64,000 bases of DNA from Candidatus Danuiimicrobium aquiferis. GTDB lineage: Bacteria; Omnitrophota; Omnitrophia; Omnitrophales; Danuiimicrobiaceae. Every line of letters begins with the position of its first letter. Positions within the stretch are counted from its first letter, which is position 1. Shown one piece after another: positions 21,573-32,732 of this stretch. The stretch covers positions 19,552-83,551 of the forward strand of contig MHFR01000037.1 of the NCBI GenBank assembly GCA_001804285.1, read 5' to 3'. A model generated the notes under the pieces. It worked only from the letters and a program-made list of their open reading frames with translations. It made no database searches and was not told where the DNA came from. A program made the position numbers and the translations under genes.

Positions 21573-22667
21573 ATGACAATCAAAAAGAAAACAGAAACTA
21601 AAGAACAACCAACCAGCAAAGCTTCAATAGAAAAACAAAAAGCACTGGAGCTAACTCTACAGCAAATTGAAAAACAGTTCGGAAAAGGCGCAATCATGAC
21701 GCTCGGCCAAGATGTCAGCAAAGACTGGGAAGCCATTTCAACGGGCGCGCTAAGTCTTGACATTATTACCGGAATCGGCGGCATTCCCCGAGGACGGATA
21801 GTTGAAATTTATGGGCCGGAAGGCAGCGGAAAAACTACGCTGACGCTGAGTGTTCTTTCACAAGTTCAAAAAAAGGGGGGCGTTGCAGCCTTTATTGATG
21901 CAGAACATGCGCTCGACCCCACCTACGCAAAAAAATTAGGCGTTAAGCTTGAAGAAATTCTGATTTCGCAACCGGATTCCGGCGAACAGGCCCTTCAAAT
22001 CGTGGAAATGCTTGTCCGTTCTAATGCGATTGATCTGATTGTCGTCGACTCCGTCGCAGCTCTTACGCCGCGCGCAGAAATCGAGGGAGAGATGGGCGAT
22101 GCACACATGGGATTGCAAGCACGCCTGATGTCACAGGCATTGAGAAAGCTGACGTCCATCGCCAGCCGCTCAAAAACCTGTATCATTTTTATCAACCAGC
22201 TCCGGCAGAAAATCGGAATTGTTTTTGGTAATCCCGAAACCACGCCGGGCGGAACAGCGCTAAAATTTTATTCTTCTATGCGCCTCGACATCCGAAAAAT
22301 AGCTTCCATCAAAAAAGGGGAAGACATTATCGGGAATCGTGTCAAAGTAAAAGTCGTAAAGAATAAATGCGCCGCTCCGTTTAAGACTTGTGAGTTTGAC
22401 ATTATGTTTGACGAAGGAATTTCGCGTTCATCAAGCATCCTCGATATGGCGCTGCAATATGAAATTCTGGAAAAGTCGGGGACGTGGATTACCTACGGGC
22501 CTGAAAAACTCGGTCAAGGGCGTGAAGCCGTCCGCTATTTCTTAAAAGAAAACCCCAACTTACTTGATGAAATTGAAGCCAAAGTCAAAGAACGGCTGGT
22601 GACGGATTTGGCGGCCGGAATTGATATCACCAGACGCCCGGAAGTTGAAGCCGAAAGTAAGAAATAA
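21573..22667 (+). CDS. recA: recombinase RecA
   Basis: 364 aa. Walker [10 protein letters not shown] and the RecA L1/L2 regions, with an N-terminal Lys/Glu-rich extension of about 25 aa. Confidence 0.95.
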   Translation: MTIKKKTETKEQPTSKASIEKQKALELTLQQIEKQFGKGAIMTLGQDVSKDWEAISTGALSLDIITGIGGIPRGRIVEIYGPEGSGKTTLTLSVLSQVQKKGGVAAFIDAEHALDPTYAKKLGVKLEEILISQPDSGEQALQIVEMLVRSNAIDLIVVDSVAALTPRAEIEGEMGDAHMGLQARLMSQALRKLTSIASRSKTCIIFINQLRQKIGIVFGNPETTPGGTALKFYSSMRLDIRKIASIKKGEDIIGNRVKVKVVKNKCAAPFKTCEFDIMFDEGISRSSSILDMALQYEILEKSGTWITYGPEKLGQGREAVRYFLKENPNLLDEIEAKVKERLVTDLAAGIDITRRPEVEAESKK

Positions 22668-22696
22668 TTTACCAAACGGTGGTCACAAACAAAAAT

Positions 22697-22730
22697 ACGG
22701 TGGGTAAAATATTTATCCGCCGTTTTTTTA
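22697..22730 (+). terminator. weak hairpin plus T7 between recA and recX (possible attenuator)
   Basis: ACGGTGG-N13-CCGCCGT followed by TTTTTTT at 22723-22729. Confidence 0.3.
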
Positions 22731-22754
22731 TCAACCCTCAAAGGCCGGATATCC

Positions 22755-23258
22755 ATGGAAGCCCCTACGACACCGGATTCAAAGTTGAAGCAAGGATATA
22801 TCTATGCAGTCCGTCTTATGGCAATGTCGAATCGGAGCAGGAACGACATCGTTCGGCATATGCAGAAGAAAGGTTATGACGATACGATCATTGCCAACGT
22901 CATTGATCGACTTGAACGCGAAGGCTTTTTAAATGAAAAGAAAACATTAACACAGGCTGTTCAATACGCCATCCAGGGAAAACGGCAAGGCCGGATCCGG
23001 ATGAAATTTGAGTTGAAGCGGAAAGGCTATAAAACAAATTTAATTGACGAAGCATTAAGCGCCTACTCTCGCGAGACAGAGCTCGACTTGGCCCGTTCGC
23101 TTGCGATAGAGCAAATCCATCGGCATCCGAATCTTGACCCCGTCAAAAAAAAGAAACGCCTTTACGATTTTTTGATTCGAAAAGGATTTGATTTTAATTT
23201 ATGCCGTGACATTGTCACAGAGGCCATGAAAACTTCTTCCGGAGAATCCAAAGAATAA
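22755..23258 (+). CDS. recX: recombination regulator RecX
   Basis: 167 aa of helical-repeat protein immediately downstream of recA. recA-recX-alaS is the conserved order. Confidence 0.75.
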   Translation: MEAPTTPDSKLKQGYIYAVRLMAMSNRSRNDIVRHMQKKGYDDTIIANVIDRLEREGFLNEKKTLTQAVQYAIQGKRQGRIRMKFELKRKGYKTNLIDEALSAYSRETELDLARSLAIEQIHRHPNLDPVKKKKRLYDFLIRKGFDFNLCRDIVTEAMKTSSGESKE

Positions 23259-23273
23259 GATTTTGGGAAAGAA

Positions 23274-25868
23274 ATGAAAACTGCCGAAATACGAAAAAGC
23301 TACTTAGATTTTTTTAAAAGCAAGGGCCATTCGGTCATTAAGAGTGATTCGCTCATTCCTCAGAGCGATCCGACGCTCTTGTTTACGGGTGCCGGGATGA
23401 ATCAATTTAAAGAATATTTTCTCGGCATCAAAACGGACCTCAAGCGGGCCACCTCATCGCAAAAGTGCTTGCGCACGGGCGATTTGGATGAAGTCGGCAA
23501 AACGCCTTACCACCATTCTTTTTTTGAAATGCTCGGCAATTTCTCCTTCGGTGATTACTTCAAAGAAGAGGCCATCGCGTGGGCATGGGAATATCTGACA
23601 AAAACATTGAAGATTCCGGCTGAACGGCTTTTTATCAGCGTTCACCGGAACGATCAGGAAGCATTTGATATTTGGTCAAAAAAAATCGGAATTAAAAAGG
23701 AACTCATCGCAAGAATGGGCGATCATTCTAATTTCTGGCCTGCTGATGCACCGGAATCCGGACCGAACGGTCCCTGTGGCCCGTGTTCAGAAATCTATTA
23801 CGAACAAAATGCTGAATGGTTTCCGAATTGTGACCGTTCAAAGTTTTGGATCGAAGACGAATCTCGCCGGTATGCGGAAATTTGGAACTTGGTTTTTACG
23901 CAATATGACCGCCAAAGCGACGGTTCTCTCATTCCGCTCAAGAATAAAAACATCGATACCGGAATGGGGCTCGAGCGTCTTGCCTGTGTCATTCAGGGGA
24001 AAAAGACCAATTTTGAAACCGATATATTCGAGCCGATCTTAACAGCGTTAAAAAACTGTTTCAGGGGAACCCTTCCCGCCCCGATCACTCGTTTATATGC
24101 GGTCGCTGACCATGCGCGCGCGGCCGTTGTCTCAATTTCAGACGGAGCGTATCCTTCAAACGAAGGGCGCGGCTACGTCATTCGCAAACTCATCCGGCGT
24201 GCTGTGTGGCAAGCAAAAATGGCCGGCATGAAAGATTCGTTCATGGCGAAAATTGTCCCGGACATTATCAGTTCGCTTCGGGATGCCTATCCGGAGCTCG
24301 ATCAGTCACGTCAAAGTGTTGAAAAAGTCATCGCAAACGAAGAAGAACGCTTCATTGAAACGTTGGACAAAGGACTTATCGTCTTATCCCGGAAAATCGA
24401 GGATGCTAAAACAAAGAAAAATAAATCCTTGTCGGGCGAAAACGTATTTCTTCTTTATGATACTTACGGTTTCCCCGAGGAATTAACACGCGTGATTGCG
24501 GATGAACAGGGAGTTGCCATCGAAAAAGGAACCTTTAACCGCCTTCTTGATGAACAACGCGCGCGCGCAAAGGAATCAAGTAAAATTGCTGATTCGATTT
24601 TCGTTATTTCCGACGAAGACCTGGAATCGAGATCTATCCCTAAAACAACCTTTTTAGGTTATGAAAAATTGGCGGCCGAAGCCAAAGTCATTTATTTTAA
24701 GAGCACGGAAGAAACCGGCGCGATTATCCTCGATCAGACCCCGTTCTATCCCGAGGGCGGTGGACAAGTCGGAGCTCGCGGGAAAATTTACTCTGACAAA
24801 TTCGAATTTGATGTCCGCGAAACACAGTCAAAAGGACAAGTCATTTATCATTACGGGAAAATGATTAAAGGCATCGCCAAAATAGGCGCGGCATGCAAAG
24901 CCGAGGTAAATCTTGATCTTCGAAACGCAACGAAGAGAAATCATACCGCGACCCATCTTCTTCAATCGGCTTTGAGGAAAGTTTTAGGGACGCATGTCCG
25001 CCAGGTTGGTTCCTATGTCGGTTTCGAAAAACTCCGTTTCGATTTTACTCACGGGGCGGCATTACTTCCGGAAACCGTAAAACAAATAGAAGAAGAAGTG
25101 AACTTGAGCATCTTGCAAAATCGGGAAGTTGAAATCGAAACAATAAGCTATGATCAAGCGATTCAAAAAGGCGCTTTGGCCTTTTTCGGAGAAAAATACG
25201 GGAAAGATGTCCGCCTTGTTAGCGTCCCGGAAGTGAGCCGGGAACTTTGCGGAGGAACCCATTGCGAGCGAACGGGCGATATCGGCGGATTCTCCATCAT
25301 CTCTGAAACTTCGATTAGCAGTGGCACTCGCCGAATTGAGGCAATAACAGGACTCAATACGATTCAGTATGTCAATGACCTTCGCGATCTGTTAGCGAAA
25401 TTATCGTCCATTTTAAAAGTCGGAATCGACGACATCCCTGAAAGAATCGAAAAACTTCAGAAACGAATTAAAGAACTGGAAAAGGGAATCCTTCAAAAGT
25501 CACAGGATCATGTCGATCTTGACGCCCTAATAAGCCATGCTCAAAAATGTGGAAATGTGGCGGTCATTTCGGCTATGATGGAGGGCAAAGACTTATCGGT
25601 TTTACGGCAAATTGCAGATAAGCTTAGAAGTAAAACAAAAGAAACAATTTTGGTTCTCTTTGGGACGACAGACGAAACAGTCAGCATGGTCGTCGCCTTG
25701 ACAAAAGATTTAAACAATTCACAATTTGACGCCCGCAAAATTGCCGCACAATTAACACCGCTCATTGATGGAAGTGCGGGCGGCAGAAAAGATTGGACAC
25801 AGGGCGGAGGAAAATCACTTTCGGGAATCCAGAAAGCTCTCGAGATATTACCGACAATTATCAACTGA
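23274..25868 (+). CDS. alaS: alanine--tRNA ligase
   Basis: 864 aa. Class II catalytic core, editing-domain HxxxH/CxxxH (HTATHLL ... CGGTHC) and a C-terminal DHHA1-like domain. Confidence 0.95.
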   Translation: MKTAEIRKSYLDFFKSKGHSVIKSDSLIPQSDPTLLFTGAGMNQFKEYFLGIKTDLKRATSSQKCLRTGDLDEVGKTPYHHSFFEMLGNFSFGDYFKEEAIAWAWEYLTKTLKIPAERLFISVHRNDQEAFDIWSKKIGIKKELIARMGDHSNFWPADAPESGPNGPCGPCSEIYYEQNAEWFPNCDRSKFWIEDESRRYAEIWNLVFTQYDRQSDGSLIPLKNKNIDTGMGLERLACVIQGKKTNFETDIFEPILTALKNCFRGTLPAPITRLYAVADHARAAVVSISDGAYPSNEGRGYVIRKLIRRAVWQAKMAGMKDSFMAKIVPDIISSLRDAYPELDQSRQSVEKVIANEEERFIETLDKGLIVLSRKIEDAKTKKNKSLSGENVFLLYDTYGFPEELTRVIADEQGVAIEKGTFNRLLDEQRARAKESSKIADSIFVISDEDLESRSIPKTTFLGYEKLAAEAKVIYFKSTEETGAIILDQTPFYPEGGGQVGARGKIYSDKFEFDVRETQSKGQVIYHYGKMIKGIAKIGAACKAEVNLDLRNATKRNHTATHLLQSALRKVLGTHVRQVGSYVGFEKLRFDFTHGAALLPETVKQIEEEVNLSILQNREVEIETISYDQAIQKGALAFFGEKYGKDVRLVSVPEVSRELCGGTHCERTGDIGGFSIISETSISSGTRRIEAITGLNTIQYVNDLRDLLAKLSSILKVGIDDIPERIEKLQKRIKELEKGILQKSQDHVDLDALISHAQKCGNVAVISAMMEGKDLSVLRQIADKLRSKTKETILVLFGTTDETVSMVVALTKDLNNSQFDARKIAAQLTPLIDGSAGGRKDWTQGGGKSLSGIQKALEILPTIIN

Positions 25869-25878
25869 CAGAAAAAAT

Positions 25879-27156
25879 ATGCAGATATTCAATTGGGAAA
25901 AGCAAACGCTTAAAAAAATCAACCGTCCGATCGGCTATGAAGCTGACAAGGAATTAATCAAAAAAGTCAGCCGGATCGTTTTCGAAGTAAAAGCAAAGGG
26001 TGATTCCGCGCTGCTTAAATTTACCCGCCAATTCGACGGACTATTAATGCCGGCAAAGCGAATCGCAGTCAAAGAAAGCGATATTAATCGGGCATATGAG
26101 AAAATCAATTTCGCGTTTGTCCCGCTTCTAAAACAAGTTCGTGACAACGTGACCGCTTATTACGAAGCCGAACTACGGCCCTCTTTTACCATCAAGGGAA
26201 ACGACGGCATCCTCCTTGGAAAAGAATACCGTCCCATCGAACGCGTCGGAGTTTACATTCCGGGCGGAACCGCACCGCTTGTTTCGACAGTTTATATGAC
26301 GTTAATTCCTGCAAAAGTTGCCGGCGTTAAAGAAATTGCGATTGCAACACCGCCAAACCGAGACACGGGCGAAATCGATCCGCACATCCTGGTCGTGGCA
26401 GATTTGCTCGGCGTAAAAGAAATTTATCGGGTTGGCGGAGCACAGGCAATTGCAGCCCTGGCATTCGGAACAAAAACCATTCGAAAAGTTGATAAAATTG
26501 TTGGCCCCGGAAATCAATATGTTGCCGAAGCAAAGCGGCAAGTTTATGGATTTGTGGATATCGACATGGTCGCGGGCCCCAGCGAAGTTGCTATCCTCGC
26601 CGACCAGGATGCCGATCCAAATTATGTGACTTGCGATCTGCTGGCACAGGCGGAACACTTTGGCGGAATTTCTTATCTTGTCACCACCTCGAAAAAACTG
26701 GCAGAAACGATTAAAGGCCGCGTTGAACAAGGTTATATTATTCTTGTCAAAAATTTAAAAGAAGGGTTTGATGTCGTTAATGAAATCGCACCGGAACACC
26801 TTGAAATTATGACGGAAAATCCGGAAGATTGCCTCAAGTACATCAATCATGCCGGTGCTATCTTTTTAGGCCCCTATTCACCCGCAGTCATTGGCGATTA
26901 TGTTGCCGGGCCAAGCCACGTTCTCCCGACAAGCGGAACAGCTCGGTATTATTCGCCGCTCAGCGCCGCATCATTTATCAAGGGCTCTCAAATCATCCGT
27001 TACACAAAAGAAGCACTGGCAAAAGTCAGGGAGCCGGTTCGGAAGCTTACGGAAATCGAGGGATTGATTCTTCACCGGATATCTCTCGAATCAAGGTTTG
27101 TGGACGAATTAACAAATTCAAAAGCAGAAAAAGAAAAGGAAAAAACGAATGCCTAA
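25879..27156 (+). CDS. hisD: histidinol dehydrogenase
   Basis: ATG at 25879 (MQIFNWEKQ...) lies 10 nt after the alaS stop. The ORF track's 25765 start would overlap alaS. Confidence 0.9.
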   Translation: MQIFNWEKQTLKKINRPIGYEADKELIKKVSRIVFEVKAKGDSALLKFTRQFDGLLMPAKRIAVKESDINRAYEKINFAFVPLLKQVRDNVTAYYEAELRPSFTIKGNDGILLGKEYRPIERVGVYIPGGTAPLVSTVYMTLIPAKVAGVKEIAIATPPNRDTGEIDPHILVVADLLGVKEIYRVGGAQAIAALAFGTKTIRKVDKIVGPGNQYVAEAKRQVYGFVDIDMVAGPSEVAILADQDADPNYVTCDLLAQAEHFGGISYLVTTSKKLAETIKGRVEQGYIILVKNLKEGFDVVNEIAPEHLEIMTENPEDCLKYINHAGAIFLGPYSPAVIGDYVAGPSHVLPTSGTARYYSPLSAASFIKGSQIIRYTKEALAKVREPVRKLTEIEGLILHRISLESRFVDELTNSKAEKEKEKTNA

Positions 27157-27745
27157 GCGCAGGTCAAAGATTCTTAGGGAAACCAAAGAAACGAAAATTA
27201 AAATTGTTTTAAATATAGACGGCTGCGGGAAATCAAAAATTTCGACCGGAATCCCGTTTCTCGATCACATGCTGACGAGTCTGGCCAAGCACGGTTTGCT
27301 GGATCTTCAAGTCAAAGCCAAAGGGGACTTGGCGGTTGATATTCATCACACCAATGAAGATATCGGAATTTCCTTAGGGAAAGCTTTCGCGAAAGCATTA
27401 GACAAAAAAACCGGCATTCAACGTTTCGGCTTTTCATCGGTTCCAATGGACGATACGCTTGTTCGTATAACGCTCGATTTTTCAGGACGGCCGGCATTTA
27501 ACGTCATTCAAAATAAAGGTGTTAAATTTACACGAATGGAAACATATTCCTTCCACGACGCGACCGAATTTCTGCGGGCATTTTCACAAAATTCGGAAAT
27601 TAACCTTTTCGTCGAAATTGTCAGCGGCCAAGACACGCATCACATTATTGAAGCGACCTTTAAAGCACTCGCAAAAGCTCTGGAAATGGCCACTCGCCGC
27701 AATCCGCGCATCAAAGGCGTGCCCTCCACCAAGGGAACATTATAG
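27149..27745 (+). CDS. hisB: imidazoleglycerol-phosphate dehydratase (monofunctional)
   Basis: 198 aa with the D-x-H-H-x2-E metal motifs (DIHHTNED ..HHIIEA). Overlaps the hisD stop. Confidence 0.9.
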   Translation: MPKRRSKILRETKETKIKIVLNIDGCGKSKISTGIPFLDHMLTSLAKHGLLDLQVKAKGDLAVDIHHTNEDIGISLGKAFAKALDKKTGIQRFGFSSVPMDDTLVRITLDFSGRPAFNVIQNKGVKFTRMETYSFHDATEFLRAFSQNSEINLFVEIVSGQDTHHIIEATFKALAKALEMATRRNPRIKGVPSTKGTL

Positions 27746-27752
27746 TCATGCC

Positions 27753-28376
27753 ATGGTAAAAAATCTTATCGGAATCATCGATTATGGCATGGGGAATCTG
27801 AGAAGCGTCAGCAAAGCTTTTGAAGCGCTCGGCGGAAGTGTCTATGTCGGGAGCAATCCTGAAAAATTATCAAGATCAAATAAATTGGTTCTTCCGGGTG
27901 TCGGCGCATTCGGCGATGCCATGAGTGAACTTAAAAAAAGAAAACTCATTTTAACGATTCGTAATTTCATTAATGACGGAAAGCCTTTTTTCGGAATTTG
28001 TTTGGGCCTACAACTTTTGTTTGAAGGGAGCGATGAGAACAAAGGAATCCCCGGGCTCGGAATTTTCAAAGGAACCGTAAAACGGTTTCCCAAAGACCAA
28101 ACAAATGAATTGAAAATCCCGCACATGGGTTGGAATCAAGTGAATATTAAAATGAAATCGCCGATCCTGAAAAAAATTCTGAAAAATAGTCATTTTTATT
28201 TCGTCCATTCCTATTATGGAAAACCGAAACGGACGGAAATCATCGCCGGAGAGACCGATTACGGAATTACATTTCCGGCCATATTATCACAAGCAAATAT
28301 TTTTGCAGCCCAGTTTCATCCCGAAAAAAGCCAAAAAATGGGACTGCAAATTCTAAAAAACTTTATTGAGATCTGA
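27753..28376 (+). CDS. hisH: imidazole glycerol phosphate synthase, glutaminase subunit
   Basis: ATG at 27753 (MVKNLIGIIDYGMGN). Catalytic GICLGLQ (Cys) and a C-terminal HPEKS motif. The ORF track's longer 27519 start overlaps hisB. Confidence 0.9.
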   Translation: MVKNLIGIIDYGMGNLRSVSKAFEALGGSVYVGSNPEKLSRSNKLVLPGVGAFGDAMSELKKRKLILTIRNFINDGKPFFGICLGLQLLFEGSDENKGIPGLGIFKGTVKRFPKDQTNELKIPHMGWNQVNIKMKSPILKKILKNSHFYFVHSYYGKPKRTEIIAGETDYGITFPAILSQANIFAAQFHPEKSQKMGLQILKNFIEI

Positions 28377-28377
28377 C

Positions 28378-29109
28378 ATGTTAATCATTCCGGCAATCGA
28401 CTTAAAGGGTGGTTGCGTCGTTCGTTTAACACAGGGAAAACGCGATCAACAGGTGGTTTATTCTCACACCCCCGAAACAGTTGCGCTTCTCTGGCAGCGC
28501 GCTGGCGCAAAAATGATTCATATTGTTGATCTGGACGGAGCGTTTGAAGGCCATCGCCAAAATTTAGGAAGTTTAAAAAATATTATGACTGTCGTCAATG
28601 CTTCAATCCAATTCGGCGGAGGATTGCGGACATTTGACGATGTTAGAGAAATCTTGGAATCCGGCGTCTCCCGGGCTGTCCTTGGCACCAAAGCCACCGA
28701 TATTGATTTTCTGAAAAACCTTCTCAAAACTTTTGCCGAACGGATTGCGGTGGGCGTTGACGTAAAAGATAAAATCATCCAAACTCACGGATGGGTGAGC
28801 GGGGATGCGAAATACGAATTGCTGCCTTTTTGCAAGCAACTTCAAGACATGGGCGTCAAAACGATTATTTATACCGATATTCACCGTGATGGAATGCTGA
28901 TGGGTCCGAACATAAAAGGATTGGAACAACTTCTAAATGACACCAGCATGGATATCATTTTGTCCGGAGGCATATCGAACCTGTATGATTTAAAACAGCT
29001 TTCAAAAATTAAAACCGAAAAATTCAAAGGCGTCATCATCGGGAAAGCACTTTACGAACAAAAAATTGATCTGAAAGAGGCAATCGAGACCTATCAAAAT
29101 TCTAACTAA
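28378..29109 (+). CDS. hisA: ProFAR isomerase
   Basis: ATG at 28378 (MLIIPAIDLKGG) immediately after the hisH stop. The ORF track uses an upstream TTG at 28366. Confidence 0.9.
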   Translation: MLIIPAIDLKGGCVVRLTQGKRDQQVVYSHTPETVALLWQRAGAKMIHIVDLDGAFEGHRQNLGSLKNIMTVVNASIQFGGGLRTFDDVREILESGVSRAVLGTKATDIDFLKNLLKTFAERIAVGVDVKDKIIQTHGWVSGDAKYELLPFCKQLQDMGVKTIIYTDIHRDGMLMGPNIKGLEQLLNDTSMDIILSGGISNLYDLKQLSKIKTEKFKGVIIGKALYEQKIDLKEAIETYQNSN

Positions 29110-29119
29110 AGGTGACTTT

Positions 29120-29533
29120 ATGTTCCAAGAAATCCAGCAATCTATCGGGGACGGGCGAAACTGGTCGTGGGCATTGATCGCAATTGTATCAATTCTTGTC
29201 GGCCTTACTTTTCGCCAGCTTGTCCTTGGCGATTTGTTACGCAAGTTAAAAAATAAAAATAAAACGTGGTACAAAAAAACTCAACAGCGATACGAGTCAC
29301 TATCCCTCATCGGTTGGGGCTTGTTTGTGATATCCATTTTTGGCTTTATCATGATCTGGCATAATGAATCGTTATTCACACGTTACTTGAATTTAAGCTA
29401 TTGGTTGATTGTATTTTCCGGCTTAATCGTTGTGTCTTACATCTTTCATTTGCGGGCCTATATGCAAGCCATGGTGGATTCGATACAGGAAAATATTATG
29501 ACTGAGAAAGAATTAACGCCCCATGCTGACTAA
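29120..29533 (+). CDS. hypothetical small membrane protein (3 predicted TM helices) embedded between hisA and hisF
   Basis: 137-aa ORF that fills the 413-nt gap between hisA and hisF with overlapping ends. It has three hydrophobic segments of about 20 aa each. No family recognised. Confidence 0.45.
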   Translation: MFQEIQQSIGDGRNWSWALIAIVSILVGLTFRQLVLGDLLRKLKNKNKTWYKKTQQRYESLSLIGWGLFVISIFGFIMIWHNESLFTRYLNLSYWLIVFSGLIVVSYIFHLRAYMQAMVDSIQENIMTEKELTPHAD

Positions 29534-30281
29534 GCGGATTATCCCTTGTTTGGATGTCAATCGCGGGCGCGTTGTCAAAGGAGTTAACTTTGTCAATCTG
29601 CAAGATGCGGGCGACCCCGTCGCATGTGCAAAAGCTTATGATAATTCTGCGGCAGATGAATTGATTTTTTTAGATATTACAGCGTCGCACGAATCAAGAC
29701 CAATCACATTGCAGATGGTCGAAAAAGTGGCCGAAACCATATATATACCGTTCACCGTCGGCGGGGGAATTCGATCTTTGGAAGATATCCGTCAATTGCT
29801 AAAAGCGGGGTGTGATAAAGTTTCACTCAACACGAGCGTCGTCGAAAATCCGATTCTGGTTGCGGAAGCAAGTACACGGTTCGGTTCTCAATGTATTGTT
29901 GTCGCAATCGATGCCAAAAAAACCGGCAAAAATAAATGGAGCGTTTATACCCATGGCGGACGCAAAGAAACACCTCTTGATGTAATCGAATGGGCTCAAA
30001 AATGCGTAAAACTCGGGGCCGGCGAAATTTTACTAACCAGCATGGATCGCGATGGAACCAAGATGGGTTACGATCTTGAATTGACAAAACGCGTTTCAGA
30101 GGCCGTTTCAATTCCGGTGATCGCTTCCGGCGGCGCAGGTTCTCTGCGGGATTTTTATGACGGATTCGTGAGCGGAAAAGCTAGCGCAGTTCTTGCAGCC
30201 TCCTTATTTCATTTTGGAGAATTAACAATACAACAAGTTAAACAATATTTGAAACGAAAAGGTTTACCAATCCGCATCTAA
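29523..30281 (+). CDS. hisF: imidazole glycerol phosphate synthase, cyclase subunit
   Basis: 252 aa, [12 protein letters not shown]..., canonical HisF. Confidence 0.95.
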   Translation: MLTKRIIPCLDVNRGRVVKGVNFVNLQDAGDPVACAKAYDNSAADELIFLDITASHESRPITLQMVEKVAETIYIPFTVGGGIRSLEDIRQLLKAGCDKVSLNTSVVENPILVAEASTRFGSQCIVVAIDAKKTGKNKWSVYTHGGRKETPLDVIEWAQKCVKLGAGEILLTSMDRDGTKMGYDLELTKRVSEAVSIPVIASGGAGSLRDFYDGFVSGKASAVLAASLFHFGELTIQQVKQYLKRKGLPIRI

Positions 30282-30296
30282 ACACAAGAGGTTTAA

Positions 30297-30677
30297 ATGA
30301 TTAATTTTAAATTTGATGAACAGGGGTTAATGCCGGCAATCGTTCAGGATATCAAAACCAAAGAAGTCTTGATGGTCGCATATGTCAATGAAGAGTCTCT
30401 TAAAAAAATGCTGAAAATTAAAAAAACATGTTTTTATTCAAGATCTCGAAAAAAATTCTGGGTGAAAGGCGAAGAATCCGGTCACATTCAAATCGTTAAA
30501 AAAGTATTCACGGATTGCGATCGGGACACACTCCTCATTCAAGTTGCTCAAAAAGGCGGCGCATGTCATCTGGGTTATAAAAGTTGTTTTGTGTTTCCCG
30601 TCAACGAAAAGGGAAATATGAAACCGGTTACGGCAAAACAATTATTTGATCCTAACAAGGTTTATAAGAAAAAATGA
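30297..30677 (+). CDS. hisI: phosphoribosyl-AMP cyclohydrolase (HisI domain only)
   Basis: 126 aa with a C-x15-C-x6-C zinc-site pattern (CDRD...C.LGYKSC). No HisE domain is fused. Confidence 0.85.
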   Translation: MINFKFDEQGLMPAIVQDIKTKEVLMVAYVNEESLKKMLKIKKTCFYSRSRKKFWVKGEESGHIQIVKKVFTDCDRDTLLIQVAQKGGACHLGYKSCFVFPVNEKGNMKPVTAKQLFDPNKVYKKK

Positions 30678-32155
30678 AGATTACTCCTTCTTATCCGGAA
30701 TTTTTAAAACTTTGCAAAAAAGGAAACACCATTCCGGTTTCGTTCGAATTTCCGGCAGACCTTGAAACGCCGGTCTCCGTTTTTCTAAAAATTGCGTCAA
30801 AAAAAGAAAATGCGTTTCTTCTCGAATCCGTTGAGCTCGGGGAAAGATTAGGGCGTTTTTCATTCATTGGCACTGATCCTGACGCAATCCTCGAATATTC
30901 ACGCGGTTCATGTCACCTGATTAAAAAGGGGCGGCGGAAAACATTCAAAGACCAAAAAGATCCGCTGCACATCATCGAACGAATTATGGAATGTTACCGC
31001 TATGTTCCGGATCAAACACTTCCCAAATTTACGGGTGGATTTGTCGGCTATATCGGATATGAATTAGTCAGCCAGTTTGAAGACATTAAATTAAAAACGA
31101 AACCCGGTTTAAACTTTCCGGATGCGGTCTTGTTTTTCGCACGCAACCTGATTGCTTTTGATCACATCAAACATCATTTAAAAATTATTCACCTCGCCCA
31201 TGTCGATCGCAAACCCGAAAGAATTTATCAAAATGCAATCATGCAACTGAAAAAAATTGAATCGCAACTAAAGCGTCCGCTTCCGCTGAAATCAGGCCTT
31301 TTAAATGTCGAACAAAGCGGCTCGAACACCACCTTCCGATCAAACATAACCCGAAGGCAATTCGAGGGAATGGTTAAAAAAGCGAAGGAATATATCCGCG
31401 CAGGAGACATTATCCAGACTGTCTTGTCACAACGATTCGATTTGGGGCTCGTCAACAACGAATTCGAAGTTTATCGGAGACTCCGATCTTTAAATCCGTC
31501 TCCCTATATGTTCTACTTCAAATATGGCAAGAAAACCCTCGTTGGATCGTCACCAGAAGTTTTAACCCGGAAAACAAAAAACATAGCGGAAGTAAAACCG
31601 ATTGCGGGAACACGTCCGAGGGGTGATACGGAAAAAGAAGATCTGGCATATGAAAATGCGCTCCGTTCATCGCCCAAAGAGCTGGCCGAACATTTGATGT
31701 TAGTCGATTTAGGCCGCAACGATTTAGGCCGGGTTTCGGAGCGAAGCAGCGTCCATGTCAAACAATTCGGACGAGTTGAGCGATATTCTCACGTCATGCA
31801 TTTGGTAAGCGACGTTGTTTCTAAATTAAAAACAGGAAAGACGGCATTTGATCTATTACGAGCAACGTTTCCCGCCGGAACCGTTTCAGGTGCGCCGAAA
31901 ATCAGGGCCATGCAAATCATTAACGAATTGGAACCCGAAAAACGCGGACCGTATGCGGGCTCACTCGGTTATTTCAGTTTAAACGGCGATATGGATATGT
32001 GCATTATCCTCAGAACCATCTTCATTGATCACGGAAGGGCCTATGTGCAAGCGGGTGCCGGCATTGTCTATGATTCGAAACCGAAAAACGAATATCAAGA
32101 AACAATTAACAAAGCAAAAGCATTGTTTTTAGCAGTCAAAAAAAGCAAAACGTGA
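30674..32155 (+). CDS. trpE: anthranilate synthase component I
   Basis: 493 aa. Chorismate-binding C-terminal domain ([11 protein letters not shown]..., GYFS). The start ATG overlaps the hisI stop (ATGA). Confidence 0.9.
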   Translation: MKITPSYPEFLKLCKKGNTIPVSFEFPADLETPVSVFLKIASKKENAFLLESVELGERLGRFSFIGTDPDAILEYSRGSCHLIKKGRRKTFKDQKDPLHIIERIMECYRYVPDQTLPKFTGGFVGYIGYELVSQFEDIKLKTKPGLNFPDAVLFFARNLIAFDHIKHHLKIIHLAHVDRKPERIYQNAIMQLKKIESQLKRPLPLKSGLLNVEQSGSNTTFRSNITRRQFEGMVKKAKEYIRAGDIIQTVLSQRFDLGLVNNEFEVYRRLRSLNPSPYMFYFKYGKKTLVGSSPEVLTRKTKNIAEVKPIAGTRPRGDTEKEDLAYENALRSSPKELAEHLMLVDLGRNDLGRVSERSSVHVKQFGRVERYSHVMHLVSDVVSKLKTGKTAFDLLRATFPAGTVSGAPKIRAMQIINELEPEKRGPYAGSLGYFSLNGDMDMCIILRTIFIDHGRAYVQAGAGIVYDSKPKNEYQETINKAKALFLAVKKSKT

Positions 32156-32162
32156 GTCCGCC

Positions 32163-32729
32163 ATGATTTTAATGATCGACAATTATGATTCATTCACTTA
32201 TAACCTGGTCCAATATTTATATGAGCTTGGCACGGACGTTAAAGTGTATCGCAATGATAAAATTTCCGTTTCCAAAATCAAGAAAATGAAACCGGAAGGA
32301 CTCGTTATTTCTCCGGGCCCATGCACACCTCGGGAAGCCGGAATTTCAAATGAGGCCATTCAGGCTTTTAGCGGAAAGATTCCCATTCTGGGCGTTTGCC
32401 TCGGACATCAGTGCATCGGACACGTTTTTGGCGGGAGAGTCATTCGCGCAAAAAAAATTATGCATGGGAAAACTTCGAAAATTTATCATGACCATTCCCA
32501 TCTTTTCAAAAAAATCGAAAATCCGTTCACCGCAACACGCTATCACTCACTGCTGGTTGAACGAAAAACACTCCCGTCACTGCTTAAAATTACGGCATGG
32601 ACAAAAGAGCAGGAAATCATGGGGCTTAAACACAGCCACCATCCCACGTTCGGCGTTCAGTTTCATCCGGAATCAATCCTAACAAATTGCGGAAAAAAAA
32701 TATTATCCAATTTTCTCGAGTTGCTGTAA
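32163..32729 (+). CDS. trpG: anthranilate synthase component II (glutamine amidotransferase)
   Basis: 188 aa with the catalytic triad context GVCLGHQ ... HPES. Confidence 0.9.
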   Translation: MILMIDNYDSFTYNLVQYLYELGTDVKVYRNDKISVSKIKKMKPEGLVISPGPCTPREAGISNEAIQAFSGKIPILGVCLGHQCIGHVFGGRVIRAKKIMHGKTSKIYHDHSHLFKKIENPFTATRYHSLLVERKTLPSLLKITAWTKEQEIMGLKHSHHPTFGVQFHPESILTNCGKKILSNFLELL

Positions 32730-32732
32730 AAA

